Shown here one piece after another: positions 27,221 through 36,938 of a DNA stretch of 57,730 nt. The notes under the pieces are model-generated. The model made no database searches, was not told where the DNA came from, and saw only the letters and a program-made list of their open reading frames with translations. Every line of letters starts with the position of its first letter. The first letter of the stretch is position 1. The position numbers were made by a program, and so were the translations under genes. The DNA is from a virus. Lineage: Duplodnaviria; Caudoviricetes. The stretch is taken from the IMG/VR virus record IMGVR_UViG_3300047457_000359, positions 1 through 57,730 of that record, one strand, 5' to 3'.

Positions 27221-30030
27221 TGGCTGCTCCAGAACTGAAGGTGGAGATCGCATTTGACGAAGGTCCGTATGTTGCCAGCCCAACATGGGAAGACATTACG
27301 GAGTATGTGCGTGAAGTCAAGATTCACCGAGGTCGTTCCGACGATTGGGACGACAGTTTCGTTTCCACGGCGACATTAGTCCTGAACAACGATGACAGGT
27401 CGTTTGACCCGTTTGATGTTGGTGGGACATGGTTCAATAAGTTGCGCCCCAGGCGGCAGATTCGGATCCAGGGGATCATAAGCGGCACGGAGTACCCGAT
27501 CTTCCGTGGGTTCGTCAATGGTTTCCCCGTGACCTACCAGGCGGTAGGCAAGGTGACCACGGTTCGTGTTGAGGCGTTTGATGTTCTTGCACTCGTATCG
27601 GCGTCGGAGTTGAAGGGTGACCTCGCTGAGATCTACACGAAGTCGTTGTCGCCAGTCCACTACTACCGTTGCAGTGAGCCGAGCGGTACAACGGTGTTGA
27701 AAGACCTGGGATCCGCCAATGAAAACCTGACGCACAACTCGGCGTTCAGTCGTAAGCCAGTTGCGTATGTCCCGCTGGGACTGGGGCTGTCGGGGACCAG
27801 TGTGAATGTTCCGTATGGATCGTTTGGTAAAGGGCCGACGACGGTGACCTCAACGACTGGTGACATGACGGTGTCTATGTGGTCGTGTGGTACTGGTCAG
27901 GCATCCCGACAGTTGTTCTTGATTGGGGGTTCGGGATCATCGTTCGTCACTGGATGGGTCGGCAGTGGGTACGGATCAGGTGGGACTTACATTCAGATCG
28001 GTTACGGAGACTTCATTACGGCGAACTGGCGTGAGTCAAAGCAGAACGGGTTTGACAGTACGGTGCCGCATCACCTGTTGTTCACCTACAAGAAGTCAAC
28101 TGGTCAAGCAAAGATCTATGTTGACGGCGTTGACCTGACCAACACGACTGGTGGGGATCTCGCTGGTGTGAACATCTTTCCGACCGCCAGTGTGTCGTTC
28201 TGGAACGGCGCATACCAGGAGGTTGCGATCTTTGACAAGGTGTTGACCGCAACCGAAATCACGAACCTGTACCAGTTTGGCGCAGGCAACCAGACGGAGA
28301 ACACCAACGCTCGTTTGACGAGGTTGTTGCAGTTGACTGACATTCCGTCTGCGATGTACTCGGTGTACGCAGCGGGAACCGCCCAGATCGCAGGTGTGCC
28401 AGAGCCGAACTCGCCCGTGATTGAGGCGTTGTTGAAGGCACAGAAGACCGAGGGCGGCTACTTGTTTGTTGACAAGGCTGGTGTTCTCACGGCGACCGAC
28501 AGGTTGTTCTTCCAGGGAAAGGCGTCTGCGATCACCTTTGCAGACGATGGAACTGGTTTTGGATACAGCGGCGACATAGACATGTGGTACGACGGAGACA
28601 ACTTGCGGAATGATGTTGTTGTCAAGTACGGAGGCAACTCGTCGTCACAGGCATCAGGCTTGTTTGACACGGGATCCATAACCGACAACGGCAGGCACAC
28701 GCTGACTGTTGAATCGCAGGCGTCAACCGACACTTCGGCAGACAGTCTCGCCAAGTTTTGGTTGCGGTACGGGATCCAGAACCCGCCGCAGATCAGTCCG
28801 TTTGAGGTTGGTTTGAATGCAAGCACGGCCCAGTGGGTTGATCTACTTGGCTTGGAACTGTTGGATCGTGTGACTTTCAGGCGCACTCCGCCAGCGGGAA
28901 CGCAGTTCCAGAGAGATCTGTTGATCAACAGCATAGAGTTTGATCTGAAGCCCAAGGTGTGGAGCATGAAGTTGTCGGGGTCGTCTCGGTTCACCGTTGC
29001 GATCTATGAGCGGACGGCGACAGGAAGCGGGGCTGCTGGAGCGAGCGTGATAACGCAGCGGATCATTGATGCGCCCGAGATCCGCAATGTTTCTGCTCCT
29101 GCGTACAACCAAGACTCGGCAACTTTCTACGGCGAAGTCAATGCTTTTGGAACTGCTACGAATGTGAGAATCCAGTACAGCACCGACTCGTTGTTTGGCA
29201 CCTACACGGAAGTCACGCCGACTCCGTCTGTTGTAACTGGTAGTTCTTGGACTGGTGTTTCGGCGTATGTGTCGGGATTGTCCAACGGCACGACTTACTA
29301 CTTCCGAGTGAAGGCGTACAACGCTGTCAACACGGTGTATGGCTCGGGCGGCGGGATCACGACATACAGATTGAAGACTGTTCGCCACACCGCAAGTGGA
29401 TCATGGACGGCCCCCACCTGGGGTGGAACTGCGTCCACCGTAGCGTTCTACACCGTGATGATTGCTGGTGGCGGCGGCAGCGGCGGGTGGAACGGCGGTG
29501 GCGGTGGCGGTGGCGGAACCGCCCAGGTGTTGACGAATACTCTTGCAAGCACGATGGTTGCAACTGTTGGTGCATTTGGTGCTGATGGGGCGTCTGGTGG
29601 AGACTCGGGGATCACCAACTTTCCGTACCCGTGTTATGGCGGAGGTAGTGGATCGTCGGGAAGCATCTTTGGCAACCCAGATGGTGGTGCGTCTGGTGTT
29701 GGTTACGGAGGTGGTGCTGGTTTGTATGTGTTCTTTACTGGTGAAGGCATAGGCGGCGGCGGCGGCGGTGCAACGGGCGTCGGCGGAAACTACCAGTCGG
29801 GATCCATAGGCGGAAATGGTGGTGGTGCTGGCTACACCTCGTATGGCAACCATTATTTCGGTGGTGGCGGTGCGGGACACGGCAACGGAGGTTTGGGTAC
29901 GCACGGTGGTGGTACATGGGGCAGGGGCGGTCAGTACGGATCGGGTGGTTCGTCGGGCTTTATTGAGTGGTTGTATTATGGGCCGCCTGGGTCACGAAGC
30001 GGATCTGGTTGGACGGAGGTGAACTACTGA
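27220..30030 (+). CDS. Large tail-tip protein (LamG-like, FN3-like and glycine-rich domains)
   Basis: W.DIT.YVR.V.I.RGR N-terminus; HH..FTY...IYVDG...EVAIFD..L (LamG); FN3; Gly-rich C-terminus. Confidence 0.8.
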   Translation: MAAPELKVEIAFDEGPYVASPTWEDITEYVREVKIHRGRSDDWDDSFVSTATLVLNNDDRSFDPFDVGGTWFNKLRPRRQIRIQGIISGTEYPIFRGFVNGFPVTYQAVGKVTTVRVEAFDVLALVSASELKGDLAEIYTKSLSPVHYYRCSEPSGTTVLKDLGSANENLTHNSAFSRKPVAYVPLGLGLSGTSVNVPYGSFGKGPTTVTSTTGDMTVSMWSCGTGQASRQLFLIGGSGSSFVTGWVGSGYGSGGTYIQIGYGDFITANWRESKQNGFDSTVPHHLLFTYKKSTGQAKIYVDGVDLTNTTGGDLAGVNIFPTASVSFWNGAYQEVAIFDKVLTATEITNLYQFGAGNQTENTNARLTRLLQLTDIPSAMYSVYAAGTAQIAGVPEPNSPVIEALLKAQKTEGGYLFVDKAGVLTATDRLFFQGKASAITFADDGTGFGYSGDIDMWYDGDNLRNDVVVKYGGNSSSQASGLFDTGSITDNGRHTLTVESQASTDTSADSLAKFWLRYGIQNPPQISPFEVGLNASTAQWVDLLGLELLDRVTFRRTPPAGTQFQRDLLINSIEFDLKPKVWSMKLSGSSRFTVAIYERTATGSGAAGASVITQRIIDAPEIRNVSAPAYNQDSATFYGEVNAFGTATNVRIQYSTDSLFGTYTEVTPTPSVVTGSSWTGVSAYVSGLSNGTTYYFRVKAYNAVNTVYGSGGGITTYRLKTVRHTASGSWTAPTWGGTASTVAFYTVMIAGGGGSGGWNGGGGGGGGTAQVLTNTLASTMVATVGAFGADGASGGDSGITNFPYPCYGGGSGSSGSIFGNPDGGASGVGYGGGAGLYVFFTGEGIGGGGGGATGVGGNYQSGSIGGNGGGAGYTSYGNHYFGGGGAGHGNGGLGTHGGGTWGRGGQYGSGGSSGFIEWLYYGPPGSRSGSGWTEVNY

Positions 30031-30356
30031 TGCACAGTTTCTTTGCGAAAGTTGAGGATGGTGTAGTCACGGCCGTCATCGTTGTCCCCGAAGAGGCGGT
30101 GTGGAACGACAGGGGTGTTGAAGAAGAAGTCGTTGGTCGTGAGTATTGCCAGCAGTTTGGGGAGGGTCTGTGGGTGCAGACATGGCCGACTGGTGAGAAG
30201 CGCAAATGGTACGGCGGGGTTGGGTACGCATACCGAGAAGACCTGGATGCTTTCGTTCCCCCTAAGCCGACAGAAGATTGTGTGCTGGACGAAGAGTTGT
30301 GTCATTGGATAGCCCCCGATGGGACTGATCTGAATGTGCCTCCGTTACCAGGGTGA
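30030..30356 (+). CDS. Tail-fibre-associated small protein
   Basis: FAKV..GVV..VIVV...W.QT...RK.Y.G.GY.Y....DAF.PPKP. Confidence 0.6.
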   Translation: MHSFFAKVEDGVVTAVIVVPEEAVWNDRGVEEEVVGREYCQQFGEGLWVQTWPTGEKRKWYGGVGYAYREDLDAFVPPKPTEDCVLDEELCHWIAPDGTDLNVPPLPG

Positions 30357-30406
30357 TGTTGGGGATCTTGTAGGCTAGTCGCAGAAGTGACCTGCGTGTC
30401 CGAGAC

Positions 30407-30643
30407 ATGGAGGTCAAGATGAAGCAGATCGTGTTGCGAGTGTTCGCTGTGTTCGGTTACAGCAGCCTGGCGATGATCGGCGGCGCATCCATGCTCGGCG
30501 TGTCCGTCATCAAGGGTGCAGCCCTCGCAGGCATCGTTGCCGCAAGTCAGGTCATTGAAAAGTTGGCTCGTGCCTACGCCGATGACGGCCAGATCACGAA
30601 GAGCGAACTCAATGAAATCTTCGGTGCTCCAAAGAGTCAGTAG
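30407..30643 (+). CDS. Holin-like membrane protein
   Basis: Two hydrophobic helices and a charged tail (DDGQIT..E.NE.F); start may be 30419. Confidence 0.55.
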   Translation: MEVKMKQIVLRVFAVFGYSSLAMIGGASMLGVSVIKGAALAGIVAASQVIEKLARAYADDGQITKSELNEIFGAPKSQ

Positions 30644-31877
30644 GCGACTGTTCCTAGTTGTCCCGTTTCTGGGACTGATTGCCCCGCTGACAGGAGTCAG
30701 AGCGGAGGGGATCCAAAGCGGGTTGACCGTGGTGGTGTACAACAACTATGGGTACAACGCCAGCCCGCCGTTGCCACCCGACAGGCCGATTGTCGGCACG
30801 ACAACGGTGGACCAGATTGACCAGAACTTTGATCAGCAGCCGTTGTTCAACATGTACGAAGACTTTGTCGTGCGGTATGACGGCTGGATCCAGGCACCAT
30901 GTACCTGTCCTGTGCAGTTGATGGTCCAGGCAGATGATGGCACGAAACTGTACCTAGATGATGTTCTGGTCACAGATGATTGGCGAGACAAGGGTGGTGG
31001 AGGAACTGTTAGTAGTCCAGTTCAGTTCCAGGAGGGGATCCCCAAGCAGATTCGGGTGTGGTTCTATGAAAACGGCGGCGGAGCATGGGTGCGCATGTAC
31101 TGGATGGTCCAGAATGCCTGGGAAGTTGTTCCAGGGTCGGCGTTTACCAATGCCGTAGCCACGACCACGACGGAGTCCACGACAACCACGACTGTCCCCG
31201 AAACGACAACGACGGAGGTCGCAACCACAACCACCCAGGTACTGGTTCCAGAAGCACCTAGTTCAACGGAGCAGACGACTTCTACGACAGAAATGACGAC
31301 CACGACGACAGAACCGCTTGTGATCACAACCAGCAGCGTGGTTTCCAGCACTTCCCCACCCCCAAATAGCGTGGTCGTGAGCAGCACTTTGCCACCCACA
31401 ACCGTGCCTTTGACATCTGTTGTTGCCTCCACCACAACGGTTATGGAGCCTCCTTCGGCGGCCACCACTACCACCAGCGTGGTCCCTGCACTGGACGGCG
31501 GGATCCCCACCCTCAAAGGCTTGGATCCAGAAACGGTGACGGGTGCCCAACTCGTTGATGTCCTGGAGTCCCCGCAGTTGGAGCAACTGTCGGAGGATGA
31601 AGCGGATCAAGTAGTTGACCTGATCGTTGCCGCAGTTGACAACTTGTCAGACCAGGAACTGGTGGTTCTTGCCGAACAGTTGTCGTCTGCTCCCGTTGAG
31701 ATCAAGGAAGGCTTTGAAGCCCAGGTTGATGTGTACGGAGGAAAGTTTGACACCTATGTGCCAGTTGGATCGGTGGTGTCGGTTGGCAAACGGCGAGTGC
31801 TGAACGCCGTCGTTGCCACGGTGATGGTTGTCCCTGCATCCGCTGGGACTGTCAGTTCGTCAAGGAGGCGATTGTGA
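30612..31877 (+). CDS. Exported PA14-domain protein with Thr-rich stalk
   Basis: Signal peptide; F.VRY.G.I, ADDG..LYLD, YENGGGA (PA14); long T/S/P/V linker. Confidence 0.8.
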   Translation: MKSSVLQRVSRRLFLVVPFLGLIAPLTGVRAEGIQSGLTVVVYNNYGYNASPPLPPDRPIVGTTTVDQIDQNFDQQPLFNMYEDFVVRYDGWIQAPCTCPVQLMVQADDGTKLYLDDVLVTDDWRDKGGGGTVSSPVQFQEGIPKQIRVWFYENGGGAWVRMYWMVQNAWEVVPGSAFTNAVATTTTESTTTTTVPETTTTEVATTTTQVLVPEAPSSTEQTTSTTEMTTTTTEPLVITTSSVVSSTSPPPNSVVVSSTLPPTTVPLTSVVASTTTVMEPPSAATTTTSVVPALDGGIPTLKGLDPETVTGAQLVDVLESPQLEQLSEDEADQVVDLIVAAVDNLSDQELVVLAEQLSSAPVEIKEGFEAQVDVYGGKFDTYVPVGSVVSVGKRRVLNAVVATVMVVPASAGTVSSSRRRL

Positions 31878-32035
31878 ACAAGTTCGTGAGTTCGTTGAAC
31901 GGCCTGGTCTGGACCCTGGCTGGTACTGGTTTGGTGTTGATCACGCTGTCGGGTCCGACGAAGCGTCTGGGGTTGATCATTTCGGCGGTTGCTTTGGCGG
32001 TGAACATCGTCGGGATCCTGTTAGAAGACGAATAA
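31874..32035 (+). CDS. Small two-TM membrane protein
   Basis: LVWTLAGTGLVLITLSG.T; GTGA overlap, GGAGG RBS; read by hand. Confidence 0.65.
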   Translation: MNKFVSSLNGLVWTLAGTGLVLITLSGPTKRLGLIISAVALAVNIVGILLEDE

Positions 32036-32091
32036 CCCTGGTGTAGTCTGCAGTACGGTAGTGTGCAGGTGATTGCGACCGAAGGAAAGAC

Positions 32092-32613
32092 ATGGCACGA
32101 AAGTACACTGGCAACACCGATGGAGTTTCCAAGTCGGGCAAGGCTCGGCCAGGAACGGTTCGTCTGTACGAACTCTGCAAGCGCAGGTGGGGCTTCACGA
32201 ACCTCGGAATGTTCGCCAACAGGACGATGAACAACCCGAAAGCCACGAAAGGGGATCCCAAGTGGCTGTCGGTGCATGCAACTGGCAGGGCTGTGGACAT
32301 GGGGTGGTCGGATCGCAAGAAGGCTGTTGAGGCATTTGAGTGGTTCGTTGAAAACGCAGCCGTTCTCGGCATTGAAGAAGTCCACGACTACGCATACGAC
32401 AGCAATGTCAAAGACGGAAAGCCTGGTTGGGGTCGTGGGTACCGTTGTAGCCGTGGTGAGGGCATGAAGGCCGTCAAGATCTATGACGCAAAAGACAATG
32501 CTGGTTCGCAAGGTGGTAAGTGGATCCATGTAGAACTAAACCCCGCTATGGCTGATGACGCAGAGGCGTTTGAAGCCGCATGGCGTTCGTTGCCCAAGCC
32601 TGGTGCAGAGTGA
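32092..32613 (+). CDS. Endolysin-like Zn peptidase (M15-like)
   Basis: R...SVHATGRAVD...WIHVE. Confidence 0.75.
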   Translation: MARKYTGNTDGVSKSGKARPGTVRLYELCKRRWGFTNLGMFANRTMNNPKATKGDPKWLSVHATGRAVDMGWSDRKKAVEAFEWFVENAAVLGIEEVHDYAYDSNVKDGKPGWGRGYRCSRGEGMKAVKIYDAKDNAGSQGGKWIHVELNPAMADDAEAFEAAWRSLPKPGAE

Positions 32614-32614
32614 C

Positions 32615-32914
32615 ATGTCTGAAGCAAGTGTTGTCACGCTGATTGTTGCGATCATTGGTGCGGCTGGAACTGTTGCTGCTTCGGTGTCGTCGGTGTTGGT
32701 TCACCGCACACGCAAGGAGCAGCAGGCGTTCCAGGATGAGAACAGTGAACAGCATGGTCGGTCAATGGAAGCGATCAGGGAGATCGGCCTGGTGACCAGG
32801 GAAACACAGCAAGATGTGCGTGAGTTGAGAGCAGACTTTCGGGATCACCTTGAAGAAGGTCATTCGCCAAAGAAGAAAGCAACTGTTCCCAAGGCGGCTG
32901 CTGTAAAGAAGTAG
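32615..32914 (+). CDS. Membrane-anchored coiled-coil protein (lysis module)
   Basis: N-terminal TM helix, coiled coil, H...H tail. Confidence 0.6.
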   Translation: MSEASVVTLIVAIIGAAGTVAASVSSVLVHRTRKEQQAFQDENSEQHGRSMEAIREIGLVTRETQQDVRELRADFRDHLEEGHSPKKKATVPKAAAVKK

Positions 32915-32917
32915 AGT

Positions 32918-33211
32918 GTGGTTGTGGGAAAGAACCAGTTGTTGAGCGACCTGGCGTCACCCGAAGTGCCGTCAAAGCGGGGCTACCCGTGTGGTGTGGA
33001 CAGGGTCATGTCCTCCTTGCCAGACGACGAAAGAGCCGCCGTTCAGGAAAAGATTGATGAACTGCGCAACGAACGACAGTTGGTGGGATCCAAAGCCCGA
33101 ACCACGATTACGGCGAAATGGTTGGCTGAAGTTTTGACCCGCAATGGTCACCCAGTAAGTAGTTTGGTCATGCAAACGCATGTCAGAAAGTCGTGTGCTT
33201 GTGGGTATTGA
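32918..33211 (+). CDS. Hypothetical protein (C/H motif)
   Basis: C.V...L...GH......H....CAC; coupled to the phosphoesterase gene. Confidence 0.6.
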   Translation: MVVGKNQLLSDLASPEVPSKRGYPCGVDRVMSSLPDDERAAVQEKIDELRNERQLVGSKARTTITAKWLAEVLTRNGHPVSSLVMQTHVRKSCACGY

Positions 33212-34352
33212 AGACGATCTGTCTCAGCCGCCACAGAACACCAGGGCGTTGTTGGGCAAGATTGCCGACCTGCTTGACAGATCGGGGATCAACCCAGACG
33301 AAATCGGGCGTGTGGAGAAGATCCGTGTATGGCAGGGTTTCCACAAAGATGAAGACGGAAACGCCCAGACGGTTGACCTTGCTGGTGTTGTGTTGTCTCC
33401 CGAATGGGCCGAAGGTCCGCAATGGCCTGTAGTCCAGCCCGCTGCGCCGACGGTGATCAAGCCTGTAACAATAAAGGAAGAAAAGCGTGATCATAGAGTC
33501 ACCGTGATCCTGCCAGATCCGCAGATCGGCTTCCGCAGAATGCACGACGGAGAAATGATCGCCTGTCATGATGAGCAGGCAATGAATGTCGCCTTGCAGG
33601 TCACCCGAGCAGCCAAGCCCGACCACATTGTGAACATCGGAGACTTCTTGGACTTGCCTGAATGGTCGTCCAAGTTCCTGGTACTGCCCGAGTTCGTCTT
33701 GACCACCCAGCCGACGATTGACACCGCCCACCAGTTCTTGGCAAAGCAGCGATCCGTAGCCCCAAACGCAGAAATCAGTTTGCTCGCTGGCAACCACGAT
33801 GACCGTTTGGGCAAAGCAATAGCCAAGAACGCTATGGCTGCTCTGCGACTGCGCAGGGCGGACAAGCCTGAAGAATGGCCTGTTCTGTCAGTCCCGTACT
33901 TGTTGAGGCTTGAAGACCTGAATGTGAAGTATGTCGGCGGTTATCCAGCAGGAAGGGTGCAACTGACAAGGGGCGGCAACGGGATCACGGCGTTGTGGGC
34001 GATCCACGGCGAAAAGTTGGATGTTGCAAAGGTCGCCAAGGCAGAGCGTCAGTCGTTTGCACAAGGTCACATTCACCGCATTGCGTTCCACACGCAGACC
34101 TACGAGGTGGCGTCACGGCCAGAAACGGTAGTGGCGTTTAGTCCAGGTTGTTTGTGCAGGGTTGACGGTGTTGTTCCGTCCACCAAGGGCGGAGTTGATG
34201 ACACTGGTCGGCCTGTGCTCAGGTACGAAGATTGGCAGCAAGGAATGGCTGTGATCACGGAGCACGATGACGGCTATTGGTCCGCTGAGATCATTCCGAT
34301 CAACGAAGGCAAGGCTATGTGGCGAGGGAAGGTGTTCGTCGCCACTGCTTGA
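33201..34352 (+). CDS. Calcineurin-like metallophosphoesterase
   Basis: PDPQ, GDFLD, GNHD, HG and GHIHR motifs. Confidence 0.8.
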   Translation: MGIEDDLSQPPQNTRALLGKIADLLDRSGINPDEIGRVEKIRVWQGFHKDEDGNAQTVDLAGVVLSPEWAEGPQWPVVQPAAPTVIKPVTIKEEKRDHRVTVILPDPQIGFRRMHDGEMIACHDEQAMNVALQVTRAAKPDHIVNIGDFLDLPEWSSKFLVLPEFVLTTQPTIDTAHQFLAKQRSVAPNAEISLLAGNHDDRLGKAIAKNAMAALRLRRADKPEEWPVLSVPYLLRLEDLNVKYVGGYPAGRVQLTRGGNGITALWAIHGEKLDVAKVAKAERQSFAQGHIHRIAFHTQTYEVASRPETVVAFSPGCLCRVDGVVPSTKGGVDDTGRPVLRYEDWQQGMAVITEHDDGYWSAEIIPINEGKAMWRGKVFVATA

Positions 34353-34383
34353 CAGCGAGTCTACCGTAGGTTAGTCTGTCGGT

Positions 34384-34602
34384 ATGAATAGCAATGAATG
34401 TCGCCTTTGTTGGGGCACCGAAACGGTGGACTTGCCGATACTGTTCGGTGATGATGGTGGGATCTTTGAGTACGCCTGCCCCATTTGTCGTCCGTGGAAG
34501 TTCGGTTTCCCAGGATTGTTCTACGGTCCAAGGGTTGTGGTGACGCCAGCGGATCCAGGGCAGCCCGCACGGTATGTCTGGAACCTTGACACACCCATTT
34601 GA
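34384..34602 (+). CDS. Small Cys-motif protein
   Basis: CRLC...CPIC; follows a TTGACA-type promoter near 34349. Confidence 0.45.
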   Translation: MNSNECRLCWGTETVDLPILFGDDGGIFEYACPICRPWKFGFPGLFYGPRVVVTPADPGQPARYVWNLDTPI

Positions 34603-34633
34603 TTAGATCTCGTCAGAGAAGAAAGAGGTAGCA

Positions 34634-35581
34634 ATGGAGAAGATTCCAAAGCCAGAACATGGTTCCGACCAATGGTTGCTCAACCGTTGGCGGGACGCAG
34701 ATGGAAAGACAACATTCGGTGCCAGCGAAGCACCTGCCCTGATGGGGGCTTCGCCGTACCAAAGCCGAGCGGGGCTGTATGTCGCAAAGAGTCAGCCGCC
34801 GAAACCGTCAGAAGACAACCCAGTATTCCGTAGGGGGCATGTGCTGGAGCCAGCACTGCTGGGCGAGGCTGGGTACCTGTTGGGGATCACGGTGTTGACC
34901 CCCGAAGTCCAGTACCGCAGAGGTCGGTTCACGATCTCTATGGATGGTGTTGACAACGAAGATCACCCGACCATCGGCATTGAAGCCAAGACGACAACGA
35001 AGTACAGCATTTCGTCGTCTGGGGATCTCCCAGCCGAGTGGCTCTGGCAGGGGTGGGCGCAGCAACTGGTTCTTGGTTGTCCGATCAAGTTCGTCGTGTT
35101 GGATCGGAACATGTCCATCAGTATGGTTGATCTGCCCGACAACCCAGCAGCACTTGCCGAACTGCAAAGTCAGTCGGAGTGGTTCGGCAACCTGATTGAT
35201 GCGCAGGAACTGCCCGAATGGGATCTTGATGAGTTTGATTCGGATGACATTGCTGCGATCTACAAGCACAGCCCCGCCAGTGTGGAACTGCCCTCTACCG
35301 CCGTTGACCTTGTTTGGGTGCTAGAAGACGCTCGTGCCCAGCGACGAGCAGCAGAAAAGGCAGAACAGGCAGCCAAAGACGCTCTGGCGAGGTTGTTGCA
35401 GGGACACGAAATCGGAACAGTTGACGGTCAGCCGATCGTCTCCTGGAAGGAGTACCAGGGACGCCAGTCGCTGGATACGAAAGCGTTGCAAGCGGATCAC
35501 CCCGAGTTGTGCGCTCAATACCAAAAGCAAGGTGCCTCGTACCGAACGATGAAGGCACTCAACCCAAGAAAGGAAGGATGA
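34634..35581 (+). CDS. YqaJ-like viral recombinase exonuclease
   Basis: GASE...MG.SPY, G..LEP, SMDG, EAKT, Q...Q. Confidence 0.85.
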   Translation: MEKIPKPEHGSDQWLLNRWRDADGKTTFGASEAPALMGASPYQSRAGLYVAKSQPPKPSEDNPVFRRGHVLEPALLGEAGYLLGITVLTPEVQYRRGRFTISMDGVDNEDHPTIGIEAKTTTKYSISSSGDLPAEWLWQGWAQQLVLGCPIKFVVLDRNMSISMVDLPDNPAALAELQSQSEWFGNLIDAQELPEWDLDEFDSDDIAAIYKHSPASVELPSTAVDLVWVLEDARAQRRAAEKAEQAAKDALARLLQGHEIGTVDGQPIVSWKEYQGRQSLDTKALQADHPELCAQYQKQGASYRTMKALNPRKEG

Positions 35582-35582
35582 C

Positions 35583-36188
35583 ATGGCGTTCAAGATGGAT
35601 GACTATGTTGATGTAGCCGAGAGGCTGCGGATCCTGAAAGAGAAGCACCCCGATGCGGTGGTCAGGCCGTGGAACCCCGACCAGCCGTACAAGATTGAGG
35701 AGATCGGAGGACAGGTGTTCATCGTGTACACGGCAGCCTGTTTCCGCACCCCCGACGATCCGTTGCCCGCAATCGCTGTTGCATGGGAGGAGTTCCCTGG
35801 AAAGACCCAGTTCACCAGGGGATCCGAGTTGATGAACGCCGAAACATCGGCCTGGGGTCGGTGCATCGTTGCGGCTTTGGTGTCCGACACCAAGAAGATC
35901 GCCTCTTTGCAGGAGGTGCGCAACCGTCAAGCCCCAGCAGTGCCAGTGAGGGAAGTCCCCGATACCACCCCGTTCGGCGGGGCGTCGGCGGAACAGCAGG
36001 AGACGATCCGCAAACTCGCAAAGCAGGCAAGCGTCAAGAACATCGCTGAACTTGCGAGCGGGATGGTCGGGCGCAAAGTCACTTCCGCCAAGGCGTTGAC
36101 AGCCAAAGAAGCAACGGAACTGATCACGCACCTGATAGAGATCCAGGAGTTCGCAGAAACCCCGAACGAACCAGTCCAAGCAGACTAG
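35583..36188 (+). CDS. Single-strand annealing protein (Rad52/Sak-like)
   Basis: DYVDVAERL, NAETSAWGR; adjacent to the exonuclease. Confidence 0.7.
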   Translation: MAFKMDDYVDVAERLRILKEKHPDAVVRPWNPDQPYKIEEIGGQVFIVYTAACFRTPDDPLPAIAVAWEEFPGKTQFTRGSELMNAETSAWGRCIVAALVSDTKKIASLQEVRNRQAPAVPVREVPDTTPFGGASAEQQETIRKLAKQASVKNIAELASGMVGRKVTSAKALTAKEATELITHLIEIQEFAETPNEPVQAD

Positions 36189-36236
36189 GGTCACTCGTTC
36201 CCTAACTGGGTCGTCGGGATCCACCACGACCCGTAC

Positions 36237-36938
36237 ATGAATACGGAGGCAAATGTGAGCATCATTCGGGCACCCAGACCCGAAGGCAACTTCACCGTGA
36301 TCCGCAACTCGGTGTTGCGAGACGACAGGTTGTCGTACAGGGCGAGAGGAATACTCGCTGCGATCCTGTCTCGGCCAGACAACTGGAGGACGGACGCAGA
36401 TTCGTTGGCAAGACAAGGCAAAGAAGGGCGGGACGCCGTAAGGACAGCACTGAAGGAACTGGAGGAAGTCGGTTATCTGACCAGGTTTCGGGAACAGGAC
36501 AAGGCGACTGGTCAATGGCGCACCCATTGTTTCGTTTATGACCAGCCCGATAACGGGAAACCCGTCGTCGGGAAACCGAACGACGGAAACCCAGTCGTCA
36601 TAGAAAAGACCGATACGAACAACCGAGAAGAAAGTGTTTCCCCTGTCGTTCCGACAGTGGCTGTCGGGATCACGGCGAGAGATGTCGCTGGACACTGGGT
36701 GGACACCTTTGTGAGCGTCCACGGGGCGTCGCCCCCACAGGTGTCGGTAAAGCGGATCGCACAGGCAGCCAAGCAACTGTTGGGCGAAGGCTTTGATGGG
36801 GATCATCTGTTGCAGGCGGCAGCCGACGCAGCAAGCGGGGGTCACGCCAACCTCGCCAGTTCGGTGACCTTCTTGACTGCAAAGAGCAACCGCAAGCCCA
36901 AGGGGTTTGCGGGGATCAAGGAGTTCTTGGACCAATGA
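36237..36938 (+). CDS. Replication initiator (HTH)
   Basis: NFTVI.N..LRD.RLS..ARG.L..ILS.PD.W, EG..AVR.ALKELE..GYL. Confidence 0.8.
   Translation: MNTEANVSIIRAPRPEGNFTVIRNSVLRDDRLSYRARGILAAILSRPDNWRTDADSLARQGKEGRDAVRTALKELEEVGYLTRFREQDKATGQWRTHCFVYDQPDNGKPVVGKPNDGNPVVIEKTDTNNREESVSPVVPTVAVGITARDVAGHWVDTFVSVHGASPPQVSVKRIAQAAKQLLGEGFDGDHLLQAAADAASGGHANLASSVTFLTAKSNRKPKGFAGIKEFLDQ
36552..36600 (+). repeat. Three 15-bp imperfect repeats inside the initiator gene (possible iterons)
   Basis: AACGGGAAACCCGTC / GTCGGGAAACCGAAC / GACGGAAACCCAGTC. Confidence 0.5.

Noticed and set aside
14157-30030. Diversity-generating retroelement acting on the duplicated fibre modules
   Set aside because: No reverse transcriptase and no near-identical template/variable repeat pair with adenine-specific differences.
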